Shown here: one piece after another, positions 21,394 through 33,288 of the stretch | How positions within the stretch are numbered: the first letter of the stretch is position 1 | Layout: every line of letters begins with the position of its first letter | DNA from: Oopsacas minuta | Taxonomy: Eukaryota > Animalia > Porifera | Assembly: GCA_024704765.1 (NCBI GenBank) | Contig: JAKMXF010000050.1 | Coordinates: 1 to 49,073, forward strand | DNA: 49,073 bases | Direction: 5' to 3' | Notes under the pieces: generated by a model | The model's database searches: none | What the model was told of the DNA's origin: nothing | Seen by the model: the letters and a program-made list of their open reading frames with translations, nothing else | Position numbers and translations under genes: made by a program

Positions 21394-24300
21394 ATGAAAA
21401 TATCTTTTATAATTCCAGCATTGCTCTTCGAGCTTCTTCTCTGTACTACAGTAATAGGACATACTGATTCTTGCCCTGGTTATCTTAACGCCAGTTTAGT
21501 TAGAGAGGTTATATCACTCACTATTTTCATACCAGAAGGAGATTTATCCTCTTACACACCCTCTACAATATATTATAATTGCTTTGGAAATTCAAGAGAG
21601 TTAGGAAAATATTCTTCACTCTCAGCTACTCTAGATTTTGAGCTCGATGGAGAACTTCAATATACACGCGAGGACTTTACTTGTGTTGACAATCAATGGA
21701 AACCTAACGGTCTAGCAACTGAGTACTTTAATCCTTCTAATACTCCTTCTCAGAGCAGAAGTGCCAGTTTCTTCAAGGAAGATTGTGCATTATGTGATAA
21801 AACAGGTGAGATATGTACGAATGCTTACGGACTAAATACGCTATTTTCTGGTTATGAATTAGATTATTTATTAATTGCTTACTATCGTATTTCTAAGAAT
21901 AAGTATTCTACTCGATCGAGTGCTTAGCTCAGCTATTATTTAAATTCGCCATATTCAGTGCAGGTGTTGCAATAATTATATAATTAGTTCATGCATACAG
22001 TTGCGCGACTAACTAACATTTTTATGCGATATAACTACTAATCTTTGAGGGTACTGGGGGCTCCCTCCTTCAACTCCATCAACACATATGGACATTATAT
22101 GCACAACACCCAATTACTCATTATTTGGGTTGTACTTCACTCGATTTGAAGTGAGCCCCTGCATAATTGTATTAGTCTAGCCACTCTGGCTTGTCAAAAT
22201 GGAACAAGTCGGCTTTTGGAAAGTTTCAGATGACTTGACACTTAAAATTCGAAAAGTGTAACGACCCACCAAAATGGGAGTGGTGACAATATGTAATGTA
22301 TGAATGGTATTTTAGAATCGACAGATGGCAACCATTGTACAAATTGCTCAGAAGTTTGTAAAAACACACTTTCTAACTATCCAGTTTGTTTCGGTACAGG
22401 AAGTGATAAATGCTGCAACTTACTGCTTGATGATTATTGTGTTAATATTTGCCCGTATCGCTACACAGTTTCTAGCCAGGACCCATCTTTGTGTGTATGT
22501 GCAGACTTCTGGACAGGAGGCAAGTGTGAAACTTGTTCTCTCTCCTGTGTTAACGGAGGAACATTAAATGGGGACTGTTCGGGCTGTATGTGTACCCCTG
22601 GTTTCACAGGGGTTATGTGTGAGACTGAAATTGATTACTGCACTCCCCTGCCATGTTTCAACAACGGAACCTGTTCATACGATCGTTACGGTTACAACTG
22701 TAGTTGTACACCTGGATTTACCGACACTCAGTGTTCCACTAAGATTGACTTCTGCTACCCATTTCCTTGTTTAAACTTTGCTGTCTGTGAAAATTCTCGG
22801 TATGGATTTACTTGTCAGTGTCAAGATGGAACTTCTGGTTCTCTGTGTGAAGACATTAATTATTGTTTTTCTAATCCTTGCAAGCACAACGGCATCTGCT
22901 CTGATTACAGTGATAGGTATGAATGCCAATGTCCTCTTGGGTATCTAGGGATGAACTGTGGAATTATAGATCACTGCTATTTGAGTGTATGTGAGAATTT
23001 CGCCACTTGCGTCAACTATCCCGACAGATACGAGTGTAACTGCACAGAGGGCTTCTTCGGAGAGTTATGTCAATACGAAGTTACTTCTTGTAATCCTAAC
23101 CCCTGTCTCAATCATGGGTTATGTAGTGAGGACACCAATGGAGGAGATAGATTCGTTTGTAATTGTCAGAATGCTTTCACTGGCAAGATATGTGAGGAAG
23201 AAATCGACCATTGCGAAAATGTAACCTGTCATAACAACGGCACCTGTTCAAATGAATTCTACGGATTCCTTTGCAAATGTATAGTTGGGTTCGCAGGAAG
23301 GAACTGTAAAGATGAGATAAATTACTGTGTATCTGATCCCTGTGAAAACGGGGGCAAATGCAGTTATGACAGGTAAGAGCTCATTCACCTTTTAAGTACT
23401 TAGCATACCGGCAGATAATTATATTGTTATTTAGATACGGATATTATTGCAGTTGTACAGCTGGATTTTATGGAATTAATTGTTCGGAATTAATTTGTGA
23501 ACCTAGTCCCTGTAAGAACAACGGAACCTGTTATAGCACTGCTCTAGGCTATAACTGTAGTTGTCAGCTGGGATATACTGGAGTCAATTGCGAGGTTAGT
23601 TTGCATTACAAAAATACTAACTGATATATACAGAGTAATTTACAATGAATCTATTCTAGATAGAGATTGAATATTGCAAATATTCTCCTTGCAAAAGAGG
23701 AAAGTGTATCGATACAGTTGGAGGCTACTACTGTATCTGTGATATAGGTTACATGGGGGAAAACTGCTCTCAGCTGATTGAGGAATGCTCAGAAGGGGTG
23801 TGTCTTAACGGAGGAATTTGTACGGAATTGAATAGAAATTTTTCTTGTGAATGTAGAGATCCTTTTACAGGTTTACGATCAATTTCATATAGTGTATGTG
23901 TGTATGTGTATATCTATTCATTCATCAATAAATTATCTATTTAGGAAGGCAATGCGAGCTAATTAACCCAGAAAATATCTGCAACCATCTCTCGTGTGAG
24001 AACGGAGCCAGCTGCAACTACTCTCTGCTCCAAACTGCTGATCAATCCCAACTCAAACAACTACTGGACGGACAACAGGCAAGTGTTAATGCCTGTGAGT
24101 GTGAAGGATATTGGGAGGGAACGTTTTGTGACAAATGCGGTATCTGTGATAAACCTAACTCAGATTGTTCGAAATGCGAGTAAGCACTGACTTATCAGGA
24201 TTAATGTAAAGTACAATTATTACTCTTTTGTGTAATTTGTAGTTGTAGAGGCCTCTGGTCTGGTCCAGACTGTACAGATTGTTCTGGACACGAAACTAGC

Positions 24301-24977
24301 CAAGGGGAGTGTGTGGAAAGCCCGAATAATCCAAGTGACACTACTAACATAGTTCCTATTTTAATCCCTTCACTCTTGGGTCTGGGAGGCATAGGGTCTA
24401 TCCCATTTATTGCTTGTATTTCTTTCAAATGTAAGAAAAGTTGCAAGAGAAGAAGGAGGCCAAAGATTAACGTACATGTCATCCATAGAGACCCTGAAAG
24501 CAATGGTATTATTAGTATAACAACTAAAATACATGCTAAGTTACAATTGATTATTTTTGCCATTTTCTAGGTATTTCAAAATTGAAAAAGAATGACAAAA
24601 TAAAATTGAAAGATCAAGTTTCCCAGCAATTATGTACTCTAACAAATGAATGTGAATTTAGTCCCACTCGCTCAATTGTCAGCGAATTTACTTCTTCGGA
24701 AAAGAGCAAATACTCAGACCTTCCTGAATATTTGGCTTCAGGAGTTTACGATAGATTGCCCCCAATTTCTGATTCACATCGATCTTCAAATCCTGTATCA
24801 GTTCGATTCGGGAGTCAGAGCTCTGGCGGTTTGAAAGTAAAGCTACGCTCCCCCCTAACTTCTGTACCTGACGAGAGTGAATTAAGACTGATTGCTTCTT
24901 CTGAACTCAGTGAGGAGTCTATCAAGCGAGGTTACACGAATCAATCTGAAAGCTCGTTAACTGAACAAGCTATCTGA
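21394..24977 (+). CDS. Type-I membrane protein: signal peptide, unassigned N-terminal domain, ~12 EGF-like repeats, TM helix, ~150-aa cytoplasmic tail
   Basis: Signal MKISFIIPALLFELLLCTTVIG; exon 1 21394-21805, exon 2 from 22325; six-Cys EGF units; TM IVPILIPSLLGLGGIGSIPFIACISF then KKSCKRRRR; last exon 24571-24977. No DSL, LNR or ankyrin motifs seen. Confidence 0.88.
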
Positions 24978-25539
24978 ATACACAGAACACCACGAATTCA
25001 GATTTGCGGCTATTCTATTATGGAGTTTTATTTTGTTTTACTCAAAGCTAGCCATTCTTCTAAATCGTAATGAAGCTTCAATTGGTTTAGATATCCAAAT
25101 CTATGACGTATAAAGCACATGTGTGAAATGTTATTATTATTTTGTAAATGTTGTAATATAATTAATAGCATTGATACATTAATTGTAAGATCTCTATGAA
25201 ATTATATATACAATTACAGATTACGCCTATTTATGTAAAAATAAGTTATATGGCATACATAAGGGCTAAGGCACTAACACTCCTCATATTATCACATTAG
25301 GGCAATGACCAGAATTAATTGATTGTATATCTATATTTCAAAGTTATAATTATACAAACAAACGCGAACCGACACGACTATCAGAGAGTTACTATCGTAA
25401 AGCGATCCCGTATCAAATAAAGCAACAAGTACACACAAACAAATGCTAATTATTCACTAAGCAACATAAAAACTAAACTAATTCAAGTAATAATTAACTG
25501 CGGACGATTCAGGCAAACTTGAGAACAGCGACTTATGCT

Positions 25540-25686
25540 TCAAGCGGATTCTCGGTTGACAACGTCCTCCTTAAACGCGTTAATTTCGTTGATTAACACA
25601 CGTTTCGCATCTTCAAGTTGTTTCTTGTAGCGTCTTAGCTCGTCGACTAACTGTGCTAGCTCTTCAACTTCTGATTTGTCATACAT
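25540..25686 (-). CDS. Candidate 48-aa coiled-coil microprotein
   Basis: MYDKSEVEELAQLVDELRRYKKQLEDAKRVLINEINAFKEDVVNRESA*; GC-richer than its flanks; TATA-like TTTATATAA upstream on the minus strand (~25744-25752). Confidence 0.55.
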   Translation of the reverse strand: MYDKSEVEELAQLVDELRRYKKQLEDAKRVLINEINAFKEDVVNRESA

Positions 25687-26390
25687 CCCTGCTGCTGCCT
25701 CAGTAAAGTAACTTAATTTAATTAGTGAAGTTGTTGTTCCTAATTATATAAATAGCAATACGAGTTTAACTATTTACATAAATTCAGTCATGAATGGATA
25801 TTTAATACTATTTTCTCTTACCAGCGAGACCTATGTAGTCTCAACTTGTCTACTCCCAGCAGTTCTTCAGAATGCCTAATGATAATTGGAGTTCATAGCA
25901 CTTCAATGCTATTCAATGCATTGAGTGCAATGCAATATTGTTATATGGAAAGAAATTGGTCAAATACTATACTAAGATTTGTTATGATGCTAATGGGATT
26001 GTGTTTATCGTTTTATTGTTATGACCAGCAAATATATATATATATATATATATTACATCTGTTTGTTACTGAGAGAGTTTAATTAATTAAGCACTAATAA
26101 CATAGAAATAATAAATCAGCTAAGTACAAATGACGATTCATTCAAGCAGCTTTCTGAAGGCAAAACATCTATAATACGTTAGTTTCTACGGCTAATGAGA
26201 GGAAATTGAGCAAGAAGACACAGAGCTATGGTAGAAAGTTACGCTGAGATTTGAGATTTTTCAATCTGTATCTTAATATTTATCATGCGTATATAATAAA
26301 TTAATTAATCATATTTTCACATCTTTTGGGTTACCTCATCCCACAAATCAGCCCCTGGTGACTAGTCAGAGTATTAGGGTGAAAAAGACC

Positions 26391-26542
26391 CAGGGCTGTT
26401 GGAGCCAGTATGGCAGACACGGTGCTTCCCGCACCAATAATTGACAATTTTTGTTAATATGGATGGTAAGATGTGATGAATGCCTCAGCAATACAATATA
26501 CCCTGCCAGCCGCAACACCAATATATTCTTCCTACGTCCCTG
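26391..26542. mobile_element. ~150-bp MITE-like element, same family as 45529-45675
   Basis: Ends CAGGGCTGTTGGA / TCCTACGTCCCTG; shares CCGCACCAATAATT and GTGATGAATGC...ACAATATACC with the 45.5-kb copy. Confidence 0.65.
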
Positions 26543-27776
26543 GGACCTCTTTATAAAGATAACTCACAATTTGTTATTAAATTATTTTCTCTCACAACCT
26601 TGTATTAATGCCAGGCATGTTTTCAATACTTTTATAGACAAGACATTTTGCAGATCAAGACAATACTAGTATTTAGTGACCAAACGAGTTCTTAAATAGT
26701 GTTTCAACCCTGCTAAGTCTGCAATTAAATGGGCTAAACGATACTAATATGATTCTTATGCTGGTGAGTAAAGGCCAGCTGAGGAATCATACTTGCCAAC
26801 CTGAAAGTATTCAACGAATCAAATATACCCCAAGACAATAAACTGTATTGTATTGTATAGCAAATTAGCTAAAATGTCAATACATTCAGGATTTAAACAG
26901 CTCAATGGTTGGTACATATATAGAAGTTGGTTATTAGATACACCAGGGACAGTCAAATTATAATTTTTATTAGTGAGTTAGCTAGGGTTTCAGGGACCTG
27001 GTTCAAGAGTTATGGCTGAGATCCCATCCACGGTTCAAAGTTGTGTCTGCATTTTAAGGGTTAGTGGTATGCCTCCCTGGAAATATTCGGAAACTGCATT
27101 TCCCACATTCTGACAGCGCTCTTCAGCAAAATTTAAAGGTATAAAACAAGTATTTAATGCATTTTTATCATTCAATACGACAAAAAAAGTAGTTTATGGA
27201 TGAATATATCGCGTAGATTTCTTCTATGTACTATGATGACAAGTGTCTGTTAAGAAATTTAGTTTACATAAGTGTACAATTTCTTTATTTCCAACTTTAA
27301 ATGAAAATCTGATAATATAAGATTGTGGTAGAGGCATAAACTCACCTTGTGCAAGCCACTAAAATATATTTCTGGCTACTTTGCACTTGTTATAATGGTT
27401 TTGTAAATATTAAATCGTGAGACAGATTAGATTTTTGAGAAATCATTAATTTATATTTTAGTAGGATATAATTTGTTAGTGAAACAACTACCGACGATAT
27501 TCTAAGCAACGATATATCTGAGAACAAATTTTGGGACGACAAACCGTTTGCAAAAGATAATAAAGTATCATATCAAGGTAATGTAATGATAAATATTTTA
27601 ATTATTAAACAATCCATGAAAATCAAACTGTATAAACAATAAACTGAATTTTGAAAAGTGCATAAAGATTGATAAAAGCAAAAAGCTAAATAGAATGAGT
27701 AAATTATTGAATGATCATAGATGTGTGAATAAAATGTTTGTACAATAACTTGATTTATTCAGAATAATAGTGCATT

Positions 27777-30700
27777 TTATTTAAAGTTGATTGGACAAAT
27801 TTCGAACTCTGAAGAATTATTGAGTATTTCTGGAGATTTATTCGGAGTTTTTGGCTTTGGTAGCTCTGCCTCAAAGAATCCCTCATCATCGACGGATTTT
27901 AAGAAGACTTCATCGTCTGTAACCAGAGAGTCCATGTCTATACAAATACTCCCTTCAGAAGTGTATGAGAGGATTGGGCAGGTCTCAGGCAATGGAATAA
28001 ATGTTTTAAGTGAGTACTCTTGAATATAACCTGGGTGAACATACGTAAATAAAATCATTAGATAATATTCTCTTGTGCAACAAATTTCAAGAATAATACG
28101 TTAATATCATCAGTATGCAAAATTAGCGAGTGAGTCAGGCAAAATTACTTTACACATAATTGCTCATTAAATAAATAGTTTTAGTTATTTAATCTAGTCA
28201 CAATATGGAGGCAAACAATGTAACTAACATATACGTATCTATCTAGCAATTATTGAAACTAACGATTCAACGTAGGCTATAACCAGACGGCACCACCACG
28301 CATCAATAAATATTACTGGATACCAGACAGACTGGCCCTTATGTCTTAGCTAAATTATTAACAACTCAGCAGTGCTTTAAGACTTAATTAAATAAGCAAT
28401 AGTAAAAATTATGCTTAAATAGGCTCACGTTGATTAATTAGAAACCGCATTGCATCTCTGTACCCCTGACGGTAAAGCTCATCAATGGCTTCTTCAGAGG
28501 AAGGGAAGAGTCCCCTGTAAACGTTTTGCAAATTAAACCAAGAAAAGTCAAGCCTAAAGGGATATACGATTTGTAAAACAATTCATTTATTAAACAAATA
28601 TGTATTATACAATCATATAAAGTTACTAACTTGTGTCCTACGAATGGGAAACACCCCGCGTTATATTTCCCATTGTGGGGGTCTATTGGCAGATGTCAAA
28701 GTCTCCTGAGAGTGGAGCTATCGTTATAGTGCCCAGGTCGTTAGCATAAGGCAGATTGTTGGTCAGTCCTCCATCAACGAATTTCTGTACGAGAAAAGAT
28801 AATAATATATAAACCCGAAGCATTACACCTGAACAAAACCCAAATAAATTACTCACCTCGCCTTTGTAGGAAGGGAAGTCTAGTCCCATGTATCCAGGAA
28901 TGTAGCTGGATGCAAGAATAGCCTAATTAGAAGACAGTCATTAAATTAGCAGACGTAATTAAATTCTGTTGTGACTAATGCAGATTAATTATCCATCTTG
29001 TGTATAATTTACGGTTAATATCATTCACGGCTATAATACACGAATATAATAATATCGGATTACTTACATGTCGGCGGCCTACATTGTCGGCTAGCCGACA
29101 AATACGGCTAACCTATTGGAAATCAAGTAATAATTCTTAACATACATTTCATTTTCCTTTTTACAGAATACTATTATTTGTATACGGATTGTATATGGCA
29201 GAGCCAATTTATTATAACGATCAAGATTATTTTGCTGCTATTACTGCCCAAAGTTATACACTTGATTTTCAAAGGACCTCACCCTCAGTACCTGACGATA
29301 ACCAAAATGATGCGATTATATCATTCGATGATTATGTATATGATGATGATAACGAAACTTGTATATCTAAATTTCCTCAATTTATTGGTGAAAATACAAA
29401 AAATGTTTTGGCTGAGGAGACTGAAGGTTTACAAAGTCACACCTCAGTTGAGGATTATGCCAGATCTGACAGAATAACAACATTATCTGGCTTTCGTAGA
29501 ACAATTGTTGATTTAAGGCGGGTCAGATCTATTGGATTACCTGATGATACGCCTAAAAGACCGTGGGAATCACATGCAACAGCAAAAATGGAATTAAATA
29601 CATGGGCTAGTGACTTTACAACTGGTGGGGGGCGATTCAATCTTGTTTGGACCTCTACTTACAGACAAACATCGAGGAAGGGGAAACAAAGAATGTTATC
29701 TTGTTACAAATCAAGAAAAATGAGTTTACACAATGATGTACGTATGACAGTTACTTAGAGAACTAACTGTCCTTACAATATTCGTATTGAAGATTGTGTT
29801 GAAGGATGGGCAATTGCGCATGCTAACTTTTTCCACAATCACAGTTTAGTGAAAAACAATAGTGGTAGTCTAGCACAAGCCTCACTTAGAGAATTCCCTT
29901 TAGAATTCAACCCACTAGGGTTTGAACTAACGCGCGCTGGTCTCTCAGCAACTAAAATCAACCAAGTTTTTATTAGCAAGGCTCAGGATAAGAATTATCC
30001 TATCACATGGACATATCAAGATGTCTATAATCGATTCCACCCAAGTGTTGAAGAGAGAAGCTTTGATGCTTCAAATTTTATTGACTACCTCCAACAGAGA
30101 CAATTCAGCAAAGGCCTATATTTTTCTGTTCAAACGGTCGAGGACGGCTCCCTGAATGCAGCATTTTGGGCAGTAACTGATAACCTTGAACGCTGGGCCC
30201 AGAATCTTGATCATAATCCACTAATATTTGATACAAGTCATGGAACGAACAAATACGCTCTTAAATTCTCAGCCTTTACAACAATTGACAATGACGGAAG
30301 AACTCAGATTTTAGCTTGTTCTCTACTCGATCGTGAAACCCAGGAATCTTTTGTATGGGTTTTCACTGAATTTCTAAAAGCTTTTAAACAACCACCAAAA
30401 GTAATAATCATGGATGGTGACCCAGCAATGGCTGCTGCTATAAAGACATCGTTTCCTTGCATTGTACACCTCCTTTGCACATTTCACATTGGGCGAAATG
30501 TAATGTTGCATATGAAACCCCTATTCAGTGGGAGAAGTGAAAATTTGCGTAGAAGTTGGAACTCGTTCTTGCAAAGTTGGTGGATCATTTGCAAAAAGCA
30601 AGATTCTAATTCTCGTTTGTTATTTGATGAAGAGTGGAATCGTTTGTTAGAACAAGTTCAACACAGGCAAGAAACAACCACCGAAATTCATTACCATTCA

Positions 30701-31129
30701 GTTGAAAAATTTCTATACTCTCTCTACGAAAAAAGGAAACAGTGGGCTGCACGGTGGACCTGGGAAGTCTTTACTTTGGGTGCTCACTCCACCCAACGTT
30801 CTGAATCAGTACATGCCTCTATAAAACATTACTTAAATTCTCATACTCTACTTACACACCTAGCAAACAGAATTGATGAGAATAGAGATACTCTTTCAGA
30901 ACAAAATAAAGGGCGTGCAACCCGGTTGGCACTTAAAATGGCTACTTATTCAACTAAGCATCCTATAGAAAATAACTTAGATATAACCCCATTCGCACTT
31001 ACAATTGTGAGAGCTCAAATTGCTCAATGTATGCAGTATTGTGTTGATGAAGTATCTAGATCATCTGAAGAGCTAGTTTTTGAAGTCAGACACATATTAT
31101 CTCGAGAAGACCTCTCAGGTAATTTTGAG

Positions 31130-31187
<58 letters not shown>

Positions 31188-33288
31188 GTGCAGCTTCAAG
31201 TGTTATATGTATGATTTGAATCTTAAGCTGTGTAATACGTCCTTTGAAGCAAACACAGAGGCGTGACTCGTTTAGAGATTGTTAGGGCCATTGGTGAGGC
31301 CTTTGGTAAGGCCATGGCCATGACCTTACCAACCATTCCATAGCCTACGCAACATATTACATTCTATACATAAACACGTAAAACGCACTAAATTATGTGT
31401 ATTATTTACTAAGATATTGTGCTTTATTTCACTTTCTTAGTTGCTCGAGAGGAATATGATTATCAAAATGATGATTCAGAGAAGTTAATAGCAATTGATT
31501 TGGGTCTATATTCAACAGTGTCAAGAAGATCAACACGTATAACAACATTGACATCTTGCACTTGCCTGTTTCCATCATCATGGGGTTTGCCATGTCGGCA
31601 CATGCTACTAGTTTACCATCAACAAAGATTGACTGATGTACCATGCAATGCAATAGCAGATTTTTGGAGGGTAAGACTACTGATATGCATTTTAAAATTC
31701 ACTGAAAAATCTATTCCAATACTTTGTGCATTAATTAACATTGTTCTTCTACGTTTAGGCTAAGAGTCGTGAAGATAATGGTTATGTCCTATACAATTTC
31801 ATATGCAATGACAACAATATACAAAACATTAGAACTGTGGAAACTGATTCGAATATTTCAAAGGATGAAAGGTATGCAATAATGACAACAGAGTTTAAGA
31901 ACATAGCGTATATTGCCTCTTTCGATCAGAGTTCTTATAATATGGTAAAAGAGAAACTAGCTGATATCTACCATCTACTAGCTGTCGATCACCCCGAAGC
32001 ACAAATAGCACACAAGACTACTTCGAATATCACTAAAGTAAAGAATCCTAGACATGTTAAGAGTAAAGAACGTCCACCAAATAAACGGAAGCGGATATTT
32101 ACCGAGATGAAAACAAAAAAGAAAAGACAATTTGACAGACAATTGTGAACTTAATTGATTTAGTTAGTTAATGCATACTATTTCCAATAGGTTAGCCGTT
32201 TTTTCGGCTAGCCGACAATGTAGGCCGCCGACATATAAGTAATCCGTAATAATATTATTATGTTAGTTTTTAAGTAAAGAATTTTCATTAGCATACACTA
32301 AAAGAGATATTACTTATCGTCCTACGCAACTCGATTCATTAGAAAGTGCATAACTACTAAATAGTTACTCGAACAATAAATATATCACAAATATTAAAGA
32401 ACTTCTAACCAAATATTTGCGAGTGTCAGTTAATAAGGGATTATCACTGTTTTGAAATTTTGGCAACTTATACAAATATAAATTATTTGGCGTGTCACGT
32501 GTCAATCTTGAATCCTTGATATTGATATATTGGTACAATCGTGTCGTCTCTTGCAATCATTATAGATTAGTATATTAGATAATTCCTAATATTCGGAACC
32601 CTCGATAAGCACGTCACTGAGCTAGCGAACTTAATTCAAATCAACCTACTTTTACGCTATACTTCTGTGATCGCCAAACACGTTAATCACAATTCTACAA
32701 TCCCGTAAAAGTGCTAATATTTCACTGTACAAAGATACATAGAATATAACTTACATCAATGAACTCTTCTCTCGTGTCGTAGTGAGTAATTATTTTGTTG
32801 CAATTGTTTCCTGTGACAGAAAGGTGTAATCTGTTTGTTGCTATTTTATGTGCATGTTTTGGGAACAAGAAATCAATACCGACTCTCAAGTGCTCTGTGA
32901 GAAGAAAGTTTGGGCTGAAAGGACCTAGGTAGCTCGACTGCATCTCACGTACCTAAAATAAGAATTATCCAATCGTGTTATGGAATAATTCAAGCTTTTA
33001 TACATATGTCAATAATTAAACTAATAAGGTAATAACTAACCATTTGCCTCATAAAGTTGAGTGCTTTGTCAACTGGACATTCCATTAGAGTAACAGCTGC
33101 ACACAAACCTCCAGCCGAGGAACCGCAGAACACTCTATCTGCTCTAACAGGTCTCTGCCCTTATCTCTGAAACATTGAATTACTCCCAAGTGATAGGATG
33201 CTCTGAAGCCGCACCCACTGAATGACATCTTACGGACAGACCCGTCCCATTCAGATATCTTACTAACTGATTCATGGATGTCAGACAT
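27777..33288 (-). CDS. PNPLA2: Patatin-like phospholipase, PNPLA2/ATGL-like (two 1-nt frameshifts in this sequence)
   Basis: Six exons: 33288-33041, 32952-32755, 28922-28857, 28784-28631, ~28554-28426, 28030-27777. FSGCGFRASYHLG; GSSAG after +1 correction at 33123-33124; YLGPFSPNF; ASSYIPGY; FVDGGLTNNLP; DICP after +1 correction at 28688-28689; QGYRDAMRFL. Subfamily assignment is by motif similarity only. Confidence 0.8.
29195..32148 (+). pseudogene. MULE transposase (FAR1-type DNA-binding domain, DDE core, SWIM finger), ~847 codons with one in-frame TAG
   Basis: Exons 29195-31118, 31441-31670, 31759-32148; TAG at 29756-29758 just before RTNCP...HNH; LIFDTSHGTNKY, IIMDGDPAM, LCTFHI, TQRSESVH; SWIM CTC...LPCRH. 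Confidence 0.88.
31130..31187. repeat. (AAT)n microsatellite in transposase intron 1
   Basis: ~19 perfect units; it produces the spurious poly-Ile tail of ORF 29849-31219. Confidence 0.97.

Larger units (their letters stand above)
29056..32246 (+). mobile_element. Mutator-like (MULE) DNA transposon, 3191 bp, in PNPLA2-like intron 2
   Basis: TIRs 29056-29123 and 32180-32246 nearly identical; perfect 9-bp TSD TAATAATAT at 29047-29055 and 32247-32255; internal transposase. Confidence 0.96.

Noticed and set aside
22300-24570. Calling the EGF protein Notch, Delta/Jagged or Crumbs
   Set aside because: No LNR/ankyrin, DSL or laminin-G motifs are visible.
31130-31219. Poly-Ile tail of ORF 29849-31219
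   Set aside because: Read-through into an intronic (AAT)n; the donor is at 31119.
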